Assembly (NCBI GenBank): GCA_964658305.1
Contig: OZ210885.1
Coordinates: 25,606,001 to 25,670,000, forward strand
DNA: 64,000 nucleotides
Source: Leptogorgia sarmentosa
Taxonomy: Eukaryota
Reading direction: 5' to 3'
The position numbers were made by a program, and so were the translations under genes. The notes under the pieces were generated by a model, which was given only the letters and a program-made list of their open reading frames with translations, had not been told where the DNA came from and did not search any database. Below, piece after piece: positions 36,036-48,140 of this stretch; position 1 is the first letter of the stretch; each line of letters opens with the position of its first letter.

Positions 36036-39000
36036 CAGTGTGCGAATTAGTCGAGAAAAAACGATGTGCATATTTTTCTCGAGAAAAATGTACCTCCAGA
36101 GTCATAAAATTGGTTCAGATTAATGTTAGTATGTTACATCTAGCTACTCAGAGTCACATTAAATCAAATACTCCATTAAGCCAACTCTTATGGTGCAGTA
36201 ATCCAAAATTTCTAATACATGCATCTACTATACATTTAAACAAGTTAAAATGTTAAATTCCATAAGCTAGTCACTTTCTGACGAATCTTGATCTGAAAAA
36301 TAGGCATGTCGGCGTGATGCGTCCGACGTCTCGACTTTCTTCTTCCGTTTCTCCGGATAAGTGTGGCCTCCGAATCCGATTCTTCGTTTCTTTTCTCCAT
36401 ACCACCGCTCAATTGCAGCGGTTGGATCATAATCCTTCACTGAAGGTCCCTCCTCACTAATTCTCAGAAGACTGTCCAATCTGTCTCGTGACATTCTGTT
36501 GCGTAGGTGTGGTTTCATTCGCGCCATTGTGGAAAACATCCGTTCAACCACAGCATTTGAGATGGGTGTAATCAACAGCAGTTCCACAATGTTTAGAATG
36601 TTTGAAAACTGTTCTTTACCAGCTGGTGAAGAGAGTATGGCAGCCCAAACATCCAAGTATGGAATAGCTTTGCCATGGTCTCTGAAATCAACAACTTAAG
36701 CGCACTCCACTCTGCCAACATCGTATTATGCGACACATCACAGCCGTTTTGCTTCAGAAGCTGAGCGAAGTGGTCAACAAGTTGCGTGACTGATTCGTCT
36801 CCGTAGCTGATCAAATTAGCTTCTTCATCTGGCCAAGATTGGGTGTCTAGAAAAGGACAAAGATGTTTATAAACTGGTGCCTCTTGAAGATCTTTAAAGC
36901 GATTGCCCAAACATAGGACAATCACGTCCATCCACTCTTGTCTTTGTCCAGCAGCGCCATTGAGTGCACCGGGATAATTCGTGAGCACTACATCTTGATA
37001 CGAATACCGGTCCTCGTCGTCATCCGCAGCTTTGCAATCTTTCTTAAATGCATCAAAAGTAGCCGTGCCAAAAGTGCTAGCCTGTAGCTTGACCATAGTC
37101 CAGTGAAATTCTTTGATTCTTCTCAAAGCTTTTATTGGGTATTTGTCTGCTCAGCCTTGCTCAGCCTCAGAAAAACAGTAATGTTACTAAAATAGGGTTG
37201 AGAACCATGTGTTAGTTTGAACGTATTAATATATATATATATCGCGGCTTTCATCGGTAGAAAACTTGAAAAACAAAACCTGAAAACGTGTACTACTCTT
37301 ATCCTTTGCCGTTTTTACGAGACATTATAAAAAAAATAAACCGGGCATGGCGGTGCAAGTATATAAAATTTGCCATTCTTACCTGCTCAAGATGCTGCAT
37401 ATACATGCCATAGTTCTTCAGGAAAACTTTGGTGGCACACACTTTGTGATCTATCCACCTCTTGCCTTAACAGGCTTATACACAGTTTCTCCATACGCTT
37501 CAGCAAGTTTTTTCAGTTCTCTGAGCTTCTTTGGCGACTTTTGGTACAGCGAAAATAGTTGACGCAACATTTCATCTAATTGAGCAAAAAAGGTATCATT
37601 GAACGCATCGGCAGCAGCTAATTCGAGACGGTGATTGAAGCAGTGGACGGCAGTGAGCCAGGGGGCGATTTCTTTCAAACGAGCTGCTAAAACAGTAGTT
37701 CTCCCCATATTAACACTTGCTCCATCCATGCCAGTCGCTGCTAGTTTACGATAAAGTTTACGATACCAAAACGAGCAAAAGCTTCGGTCATAGCTTGCTT
37801 CAGCCCTGCTGCATCCTCGTTGTCAGCTGTCTCAACCGACATCAACTTACAGGTAGCTCGACCGTCCTTCTGGATATACCAGACGTAAAATAGTTCTTGC
37901 GATTTCACACTTGTATCAGTGCTACCGTCGCATAAAACTGAATAATATCTGGCATCCTTTAAATCTTTTTCAAGAGTTCCTTTCATGACCCCAGAAATGC
38001 AATCGGATAACTCAGCGGCGGATCCGTCTGTCCGATACAAATTACTAAGATCAACACCGCACTTCTCCAAGAGATTGCAAATGGGACATACTTTTTGAAA
38101 GGCAGCTCCTCTTTACATACAGTGTAACTACCATTAAAAAGATGTTACATCCTTTTGCGATCGTCAGCTGCCATTTTATTGAGTCCTTGGCCAATGGGGG
38201 TTTCGTTTACATATTCGTCCACATATTTCTCCTTTAAGGTTTCCTTTAAATTCAGCTTAACTGCCATCCTATGTTGATCGGAATTCTGATGATTTACGAC
38301 GGTGTTCTTCTTTACAATTGCGGATCCAGTGATGAATGTGCGAGAGAAATTTTTAGCGCTTGTTATTCTCTTCTCCTTGCTTGTGCAAACTTTACAATGC
38401 AATAAATTCACCACTTCACCATCATCATTGTACTCGAGCCGGTCGGCGTTTAGTGTTTCCTTCCATTTTTTTACTGTGTTCACTTTGCTGGTACAACCTT
38501 TCCATGAAGAAGCCATGAGGGCAAGACGGCCAAAACAAACGCGAAACAAGCAAAATTCTTATTTGCAGGCTGATTATCACTACACGATTTTCGTATGCTT
38601 TTATAAACGTTCGCAGTAAAAACGCTAATAAATCTCTCGATCTCAATTCACAAAAATAAGTAAAATACTAAATGACTGGTAAGAACTGCATTAAGCTCTT
38701 GGCTGTATATTCATTGAGCAAAATATAGCTGGATAACTTTGCGCAGAAAGGATTAAAGATGCAGTAAAGTCCGTTCTGCGCATTCTTTCTGCTCATAACA
38801 ATGTTCGTTATTACAGACTGACCGTTGGAACTTTATTTAAATATAGCCAATGGCAGTTACAATTTGTTCAGTTATAAACAATATTGTGACATTAGATCTC
38901 GCTTAAGCGACCAGCTCGGCTCGCTTCCATGTAAACACCCACTGAAAATGCGCTGCCAGTGTTAATGAGTTGCTGAAAAAGCACTTTATAGAAGCGGATT

Positions 39001-39139
39001 AATTGGCATTAATTTGTAAACATGAAACGTTTATCAATTTTTTTTTTGCACATCACTTGACAAAGTGATGTGCAATTTTCTCCATTTTGGCCAAAACGAT
39101 GTGCAATTTGCACATTGTGCACCGTTAATTCGCACACTG
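36036..39139 (-). mobile_element. hAT transposon (ZNF862-like transposase pseudogene, 38520-36267)
   Basis: 14-bp TIR CAGTGTGCGAATTA; 8-bp TSD AATATGTG (36028-36035, 39140-39147); motifs CDGSTD, DGASVN, HCFNHRLEL, SNAVVERMFS. Confidence 0.93.
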
Positions 39140-40185
39140 AATATGTGAAACTACAGTACTTGCATCATACGCACATGGTAATCTAGACATTGAATCAGCA
39201 ATGTTATACTTTCCTTCCACATGCTTAAGACTATATCTATACTGTAACAATCTCCAAGATAAATGCTGTATTCTTGGAGGCAAAATTTTCTTAGTCTCCG
39301 AGCTAAACTTGCTTACTAATGGTCTATTATCTGTAACTATAGTAAACGAAATCCCATAAAGGTAATCATGAAAGCGCTCAACCGCCCACACAATCGCTAG
39401 CGCTTCTCTTTCTATTTGAGAATATCTACGCTCTACTTCAGTTAGCGATTTACTGATATAAGCAACTGGCTTTCGCTCACCGTCTTTTTGCTCTTGCATC
39501 AGTATTGCCCCTAATCCTACAGGACTAGCATCAGTTACAACAAACATGGTTCATCCAAGCCAAAACAGGCTCTTTGCTTAATAGAGATTTTAATGCCTGA
39601 AATGACTTAATTTGTTCGTCGCCCCATTGCCATTTTTTTTCTTTACGCGTAAGTTTTCTTAGCGGTTCAACTACATTAGCATAATTGGGCATAAATTTAG
39701 CAAAAAATTTAGAACCATGCAAAGAGTTTGTGTCCTCGACTTTTGGCAACACGTAATGCTCTCTTAGTATAGCTTTATTTACATCGCGAAAGTCACAGCA
39801 AACGCGAATGTATCCATCTTTCTTTGGTACTATTACTAGATTAGAGACCCATGGACTAGTTTCAGGAGCTTCCTCGATTATATTGGCTTCAAGCATTTTG
39901 TCAATTTCTTCGTTCACCTTTTCAAATTGGCTTAATGGTATTCTTCGCAGTTTTTGACTAACTGGCGCTACTTCTGAATCAATCTTAATTTCATGCTCAT
40001 AATTAGTAACATTACGTATTCCTTGGAATATGTCACAAATCTGTTCTGATCCACCAGTCAAAAATGCTTTACTCTTAACATTATATGGTGTCTTAATTAG
40101 CTTTATCACTTCTAAATCGAGGCTAGATACTCTGCCGAGCAATGACTCGGCGTCACTGTCAATTACATATACTTTACTATCTATA

Positions 40186-40960
40186 CAGGGTGTATCAAAA
40201 AAAAGTTTAATCATGAAAAACATTCTCTAAACTAACAAGCGCTCAAAATTTCCAAAAACTTTCGGTTAGCATGGGTAGTTTAACACTCTCTGGTATATCT
40301 AGTACTGAGTTTATTTTAAAAACAAACTTTTTTAAAAATGGGAAATGTGGTTACTGAAAGGCCCATTAAAAACGGCTTGCGTGGAAAAAATACGTTTTCT
40401 TCACACAATTTGATTTAATCGGATGAAAATATGGAGTATGATATACAAGCTATTCAAGTTTTGAGAAATTTGGTGCACGCTGAGACGAACGCGTGATGTC
40501 CGAAAACTGGATTTTCCGCAATTTCTTCGCGTAATTTCGGACCTTTGGGAATTAGCTTGCAATTTGTATTGGTAATTAATGCAAATATCCAATTATGCAT
40601 AAATTAATCGGTAATCATGCAGGAAAGAACATAAAATCCAGTTTTCGGACATTGCGCGTTCGTCTCAGCGTGCACCAAATTTCTCAAAACTTGAATAGCT
40701 TGTATATCATACTCCATATTTTCATCCGATTAAATCAAATTGTGTGAAGAAAACGTATTTTTTCCGCGCAAGCCGTTTTTAATGGGCCTTTCAGTAACCA
40801 CATTTCCCATTCTAAAAAAGTTTGTTTTTAAAATAAACTTAGTGCTAGATATACCAAAGGGTGTTAAACTACCCATGCTACAGAAAGTTTTTGGAAATTT
40901 TGAGCGCTCGTTAGTTTAGAGAATTTTTTTCATCGGTAAACTTTTTTTTTATACACCCTG
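40186..40960. mobile_element. MITE family A copy 2, inserted in Gypsy-3
   Basis: Same ends as 4372-5142, TA flanks. Confidence 0.9.
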
Positions 40961-42194
40961 TATAATTGATACCTGACTGTAAGGTTGCTTGGAAGTAGCC
41001 AAGACACTTCAGAGGCGTCTGTTGACCATATGCTGTAAATGTTTTCTTCGTTTTCTGCATTGCAACGTAAGCGCCCGACAACTTTCAACTTTATGTCCTT
41101 CGTCACCACACCTGTGGCATGCCGACTTGTTTTTATTTTCAATTCGACTGCCAGTGGTCCCCAAAGATTCAAGACAAAGGGATCTTCTTTTGTGCCTTTA
41201 CCGGCTATTAATGCCACCTCTTGCTCGGCACTCTCTGTTGCTCTCGCTATTTTGATAGCCTGATCAAGATCTAACATGTCATGTTGTAGCAATCGTTCCT
41301 TTAATTTCTTTGAATAGCATTTTTCAATGATTTGATCACGAATCATTTCACTCTCGAGGTCACCAAACTCACAAGATTTAACGAGTTCACATAGATCTGT
41401 TAAGTAAGAGTCAATTAGCTCGTCACGCTGCTGAGCACGGCATCTGAATTTATATCTCTTGCTTACTACATTTCGTTTAGGTGCGAAATACTTCTGGAGA
41501 ACTAGCTCTGTTTCTTTGTAAGTTTTCTTTGCTCTGGGCAGGGTTTCAAATATTCGTTGAGTGTCTGGTCCAAGACAATGAAGCAATGTTGCTCGCTGGA
41601 TTTCGTCCGACTTTTCACTAAGTTCAGTGGCTATAGCATATATTTGAAAAGCATTAATCCACTGTTTCCACTCAGTAAACAAATCAGGAGAATTTGGATT
41701 GAATTTTGTAGGCGGAGGAAGTCTGCTATCCGCTATGAATTGTCTTCTTCGGCCAACGTTTAAAAATAATTTAAACGCCCATCTTCGTTGCCAAAATGTA
41801 GTGTCGCCTTCAGCACGTGTAATAGACAGAATGACTAACTTTAATGATTCTCTACTTATTAGTTATTAATTAATGTTTTAATCTAGTAAACTAACTAAAC
41901 TAACTTTAATGTTTACTCTAGTAAATTATTATAGACATTAATAGTATATCTGTAACCTTAAACTTTGTAAATTAGAGCTGAAAAGCCTTAAGAGGAGCAT
42001 CTAATAAAATATGTATGTATGTATGTATATTCATATAGTATATTGTTATTCTGTTGTTTAAACGAAAGTGGTCGGGAGAACATACTACCGTATATTAACT
42101 CTACTCCTGCAACGATTGGGCAACAAAATATACAGTTCTTTCAAATAAATCTCTTCCAAAGCATGACGATTGACTCATAGAATACACTACACGT

Positions 42195-42700
42195 CGTAAT
42201 TCCGCAAATTTCTCTGGTACCAACAGACAAGGTCTGGCTGGAACATCAACATATGGGAGGTCCTCAGTATTATTAAGTAGGCTCTGTACATTTAATACTG
42301 GATTAGGAACGCTGTGAACACATTAACTGTACAATTCGGTCAAATGCTCATGTGCATGAAATAGTTGCAGTGGAGTTGCAGTGGAGTTGCAGACCCTTCA
42401 CTGGAAATGGCATGGTTGTTGTGAGCTGCTATCATGACTTCTCCGATGTCAGGGTGATCAATCTTTATATTGGATATTTTCTGGTCCAATTTGCGTTCAG
42501 ACATTCTTGTGTATCGAGCAGCTGGGTTTGTTTTGTATCACGCATCATCCGGTATACAGTTGTTCTCAAAACCTCAAGGAGCCTGGTAATCTGTGTTGTC
42601 TTGCAGCCCAAACTGACCATGTCTTTCAACTGGTCTGCTCTGACAAATTTGTTGGGACTTCCAGCACCCCTAATAATTTAAATACTCTCTTCAGGTGTAC
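42195..42700 (-). pseudogene. Third IS3EU-like transposase fragment (N-terminal HTH, core deleted)
   Basis: Manual translation: QLKDMVSLGCKTTQITRLLEVLRTTVYRMM...KLDQKISNIKIDHPDIGEVMIAAH. Confidence 0.55.
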
Positions 42701-43374
42701 AAATTTCAGAATGATCAGCCAATTAAAACAGATCTATCACACACTGAAATGACAAAGCATTGCATCTAGTGAATCAATGCTATTTAAATTATGACACTAC
42801 CTGGCCACAGCAACACTCTCCATATCTTGATCTCCAGAAAAGGGGTCTTCCCCTCTAGATTCTGTGCTCTGTTCTGTTCCAGTGTTATGATTATAAACCT
42901 AAAATTCAAATACCATGTATCATTTCTTTCATCATAATTAATACAAATGAATAAAAGTGGTGGTATAAGTGGAAGCAGATGCTAGTATCTTGAAGGCAAG
43001 GGTAATGGTGTTCCCATAACAGTCTGTCTCTGTGGTCTCACATTAATAGCTTGTGTAAAATATATGAATGAAGACGTAAATGTCAGCTAAACATGTTGTC
43101 CAGGCCTGCAGAGTGTGTGTAGGGGAGGGGGTTAAGTAAAAAATGCAAAGTCAATGACCGAAAAATGCTAAAAATGTTCCTTATGTCAATAAAAAAACGT
43201 TTAGAATAATTAAAAATGGGGGTCACCATACTTTCTCACAACAACATTCAACATCCATAAACGTTGCTTTGTAATTGCACACTCCTTGTACATTGAAAGA
43301 ATGGAAACCTTTGTAACAATAGTAATCTTGTGGTTTATCTGGTGGAAAACTTATTGGTATGTGTGTACCATCTA

Positions 43375-44182
43375 CAGGGTGTCTCAAAAAAAACGCAATC
43401 CTACGTTCAAATGCAATTTTCATAACGAAAAGAAATAGAAAATAGGCTATATTTACCACCGTTAGAAAGCTCTATCATTCCGCTTTCTTAAGACTGCTTG
43501 TTTGTTAAATTTGAGTTGGAAATGAGCGAGTAATGTTATTTTTAGTATGTGTGATTGGACAATTTAAAATTTGAGATAGCTTGAATTTTATTAAAAATTT
43601 AACTTAGTTGGTTACAATCATTCGACGTGGCCGGCATTTCTCAGCACACACAAATCACTTCGACGTTGCATTTCCCGTGCAACTCTTCTTATTAGTTCAT
43701 GATTTCCATGTAAAGCATCTGCTTCAAGCTGTATCTGCCGGTATTTACGTACGTTACGCCAAACGGTCGTCGAATTTGGGACTTGTTGATCCGGGAAAGC
43801 TATTCGAAAAAATCTTAAAACTTCCTGAATACTTTTTGTTACCAAGTAACCTTCAACAATAAAGTTCTTTCTGCTGTAGTGAGCTGTAGCATGATGCCTA
43901 AGACTTTAAAATTATTTCGCGAAAATATTTCAAACAAAATATTCGCATGTAACGATAACGTCCCCTTCGGAATTAAGAACGTCGAATTTGAAGCATCTAA
44001 AAATGACTGCTTGCAGTAAATCACTTATTTTGAAGTCCTAAATGGCCTAAAAAGTCACTTATTGAGTAGAAAATCGACCACTTATTGAGTAGAAAAACGA
44101 TGGGGCTAAAACATGAACTAAAAGTTAAGACATGGAAATATAAAGCCTTAAACTTGGATTGCGCTTTTTTTGATACACCCTG
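43375..44182 (-). mobile_element. Internally deleted Tc1/mariner element
   Basis: TIR CAGGGTGT(C/A)TCAAAAAAA, TA TSD; N-terminal HTH (FRIAFPDQQVPNSTTVWRNVRKYR) joined to the C-terminus (RRSDLCVLRNAGHVE). Confidence 0.85.
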
Positions 44183-44602
44183 TATACACCCAAAGGCCTG
44201 ATGCATTCCGAATTTTGATTCAAACTCTGCTACATTCTTTCTCATCTCATTTTCATCTTTTGGCCGATGTATGTATGTAGGACCTAATAGTTTTACAATG
44301 GATGTACACGTGTCTGTTATTATATTAGAGGCAGTGTTTATCGCAATACCAAAAGCATTAGCCGTCATACCCAACGAACCTGTATCTTTTAGGAAGTATA
44401 ACGTGACTGCCAATTTCTTTTCAATGCTCACAACTCGACTGTTAGGGCTATTCGGATTCGGGACAAGTAAAGGACGTAACTTTTCGACTATCTCTAGGAA
44501 CAGCCTCGTACCCAGGCGCTTATTTTTGTTGGCGCGCTAAGCGCGCAAGGGTGCATGGGGAGGTCGGGAGGAATTAAGCGCCTGGCAGAAAATGCAAACA
44601 AG

Positions 44603-47195
44603 ATGGCGGACGACTGTTCAATATTCATAAATGCAAATGATGAAATCGGTGAATTAACGAGTAATGAAAAGAGACCGATCCACGAAGCTGTGTATTTGGG
44701 GAAGATATTATGCCCAGACGATGACTGTGTTGCGAAGCGTCTATTTTTTCTTGAAAACGGCATAGGCCATCATTTTAGAGTGATTCATAAACGAGAATTT
44801 TCTGATCGAGAGAGAAACCAATCCATCAGCATATGTAAGAAATTGCACGTTGAAGAAACTACGAATTGCTTGGAAGAGATATTTGAATTCAGAAGAAAAT
44901 CGGTATGTACAAACTATTTGATAAACTGTATTTAAGATATGACACTTATTGCATGACTAGCTAGCTTTTAGTTTTACCATCCAACACAACAGTTACATTC
45001 CACACCAAAATTATTATTATACGAATTCCTAAATAAAAATATATTATTTCTTATCTTTGAATTGAAGGAACAACGCTACCAAGATGTTGTTGTAACCTCT
45101 TGTGGTCGTAGTATCACCTGTGTTGTTGAGGATGAACGTGAAGCTGTTCAGTTAATGTGCCTCCTATTACATTATGGAAGAGAGCTTAATCCCTATAGTA
45201 AAGGAAACAAACCTTGCGATGTGGAAGCTGTGTGTGGTTCGTCCGTGGCAAAATTTCATTGCTGGTTCCAAAATAAGCCAGATGGTCATGGTGTGTATTT
45301 TGAAACAGAGTGTTTCTTTGTTAAAAAGGTGAGGCTAATGTAATATATACTTTATAAAGGGAGTTCACCACCTCGTGGTTTGTTTAGTTGTTATGCTTTT
45401 ATCAGTTTATGTTCATCAATTTCTAAAGAAATGGTAATGATTTGAAGTTGGTATAGCAGGACCAAATTGTCGATCTGGCTTCGTAATTTACCATCCTATA
45501 TTACCAACACAAACATGGTATAATTTTTGTAAGGATCACCGATTACATGTGACACCAGAAGGTCCTGTGACAGTCTCGAACCAACCTTTTCAAGAGAACC
45601 CACTCCTGCCACCTACTGAAGATGATATATTCCTGTCCATACTTAGAAATGTTTTCCAGCATGAGAACTTCCAAGGCATACAACGGGATGTGATAGAACA
45701 CATGTCCAATAATAATGATATGTTAACTGTCATTCCTACTGGAGGAGGAAAATCTCTTTGTTATTGGGTTCCTGGCCTGTCAGCTGTTGGAATCACCGTT
45801 GTTATTACACCATTAGTGGCACTATTAAATGATCAAGTGTCAAAGCTCAGAAGCTATGGCATTAATGTTGCTAGTGTCAATTCAAGCATGACACCAGAGG
45901 ACAGGGCAGCAGTATTCCATGAACTAACAAATAAGGAAACACATTACAAGTTTTTTTATTTGACTCCAGAATTTGCATTGTCCCCACCAGCTGCAGCATG
46001 TTTTGAAGCAATGAGAGAAAATGGCACTCTGTTACGGATTGTGATAGATGAGGCACATTGTGTTGATACTTGGGGCCAAAGCTTCAGACCATCATATGGT
46101 CAACTTCATAAACTGAAACAACACAACACGCCAATTGCAGCTTTCACTGGTACTGCAACAAATGAAACAAGGAAGAGAATCGTGGTTGGGTTGGGTCTGG
46201 TTGAACCAGTAATACTCCATTCATCTTGTAATAGGAGCAATCTGTTTTTCCAAGTTATCCCAAAAAGTGGAGCACATTTTAAGGAAGACGCAGTGCAGTT
46301 TATTGCTGATAAGTTTGCTGGCTCTTGTGGTATTGTTTACTGCTTCAGCACAAGAGATACCATTGAGTTGGCTTACATATTTAAATCCAAGCACATGACA
46401 GCTGTCTACTACCATGGTCAGCTTGATTATTTTGAAAAAAATGAAAATGCTAGAGCATGGCTTTCTGGAAAAGCATTGATCATGTGTGCCACCAGTGCAT
46501 TTGGCATGGGAATTGACAAACCTGATGTGAGATTTGTGCTACACCTGAGCATACCAGAATCTCTTGAAGACTATTATCAAGGAGCAGGAAGGGCTGGTCG
46601 CGATGGGAGAAACGCTCATTGTGTCCTAATGTACAGATTTGAGGACAGAAACAGATTAATGCAGTTAATCACAAAATCATCAACTGCTGAACTCAGAGAG
46701 CATCAAACACATTCACTGAATGAGGTTGTTTCATACTGCATGTCCTCAACATGTCGTCGAAAACTTATCCTAGAGTACTTTGATGATGAAACAGAAGTCA
46801 ACTGTGGTGGAGGCTGTGATAATTGCCTAACAACCCCTACATCACCCAGAGAATTTACAACAGAAGCCATTAATGCATGTCTTTGTTTGGAGAAAATGAT
46901 GACAATTACTCCAAAGATAAATGTCAAACAGCTTGCATTGACTTTCAAAGGCTCAAAATCTAAGCGTGACGTGGAAAGCAAAGGATTCCACATGATTCCT
47001 CATTATAGTATTGGGCAAAATGTATTTAAAAATGATTCAGATGCCATAAAGTTTGTACAACATCTAATTATTAATGAGGTTCTGACAGAGAATCTCCGTG
47101 CTGTAGATGACAAATTTATAACACCATTTATTACTCTTGGTAAGAAATCACATTTATTAAGAAATAGAGAAATTAAACTGTTTCTAAGATTGTAA
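44603..47195 (+). CDS. RecQ-family SF2 helicase with N-terminal extension; predicted exons 44603-44902, 45068-45328, 45534-47195 (about 740 aa)
   Basis: PTGGGKS, IDEAHC, WGQSFRPSY, GMGIDKPDVR, QGAGRAGRDG, RQC zinc site CRR...CGGGCDNC; phase-0 GT-AG introns keep the frame open. Confidence 0.92.
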
Positions 47196-48140
47196 AATAA
47201 AATTTGTACAGTAGTCAATGTATTGTAAACTATTTTCAAAGGTTGACACAAAACAATATATACATCATTGTAATTGTATACAATTGAACTGTTGGGAGCA
47301 ATTATTTTATCATAAACAATCTTCAAATATGTATATATGAATGTGCCTAATTCATACATAACAGGGAGATTCAGATTTCAATAACAATTTGAGCAGTTTC
47401 TCCATTTTCATTTTTGTATATTTCAGTCTATTTACTTCAATTGCCAGTTTTATCTCTTGCCCATTACATCCTCAAATAAGTAATTTTGAGACAATATAAA
47501 AGCAATGGACAAAAGGGATAATAGTTACAGTTATAGTTTTTGAAATCTGAATCACCTTGATAATTTTTACCAAAGTTGATTACATTATAATAGTAGAGTA
47601 ATTTAAACTTTTATATACATATTCACTTCAGTCTACATGCCTACTGAACTGTTGACATTGACAATACTATGAAGTAGATAAGGTTCTTAAAAACATGTAC
47701 ATAGTTGTTCCAATTTTTGTAAAACTAATGTTCATTTTTAAATACAATTATACAAGTACTTTTTATAACAATGTCATTTGCAGTTTGCATGAGGCCAAAT
47801 AAAAAAATGTGAGTTTCCTATTTCCCCAAGATACAAAAATAGGTAAGGTGGGTCAGTATTCCTTTTTTTATAGAATATCGTTTTTCCAGAGATGCTACAT
47901 AATATGACAATCAACAAACTGTTGCTCAAAGCATAGCAGGGATGCAAAACATCTTAATTTTGTACATCTTTTTGATAAAATCAAAAGCTTATTGGCCTAG
48001 CAATTTGATTTAATAAAAAAAGTTTAGTGTTGGGAAATTGGAAAGACATATCCTTTTGTTTGACCTGATGTATATGTACAGTACATTGTACTACATACAG
48101 TTCAATATTACCATTTATGTTGGTGTTAGTGTTTAAAATA

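Larger units (their letters stand above)
35383..42191 (-). mobile_element. Decayed Gypsy (Gypsy-3) interrupted by a hAT and a MITE; 5' LTR at about 41797-42191
   Basis: Gag 41682-40960, RT and RNase H (TDASP) 40180-39140, integrase fragments 36030-35383; PBS TGGCAACGAAGATGGG; LTR bounded TGTAGTGT...ACACTACA. Confidence 0.8.

Noticed and set aside
45549..47195. RecQ as a host gene or bacterial contamination
   Set aside because: It has spliceosomal introns and lies inside TIRs with a 9-bp TSD.
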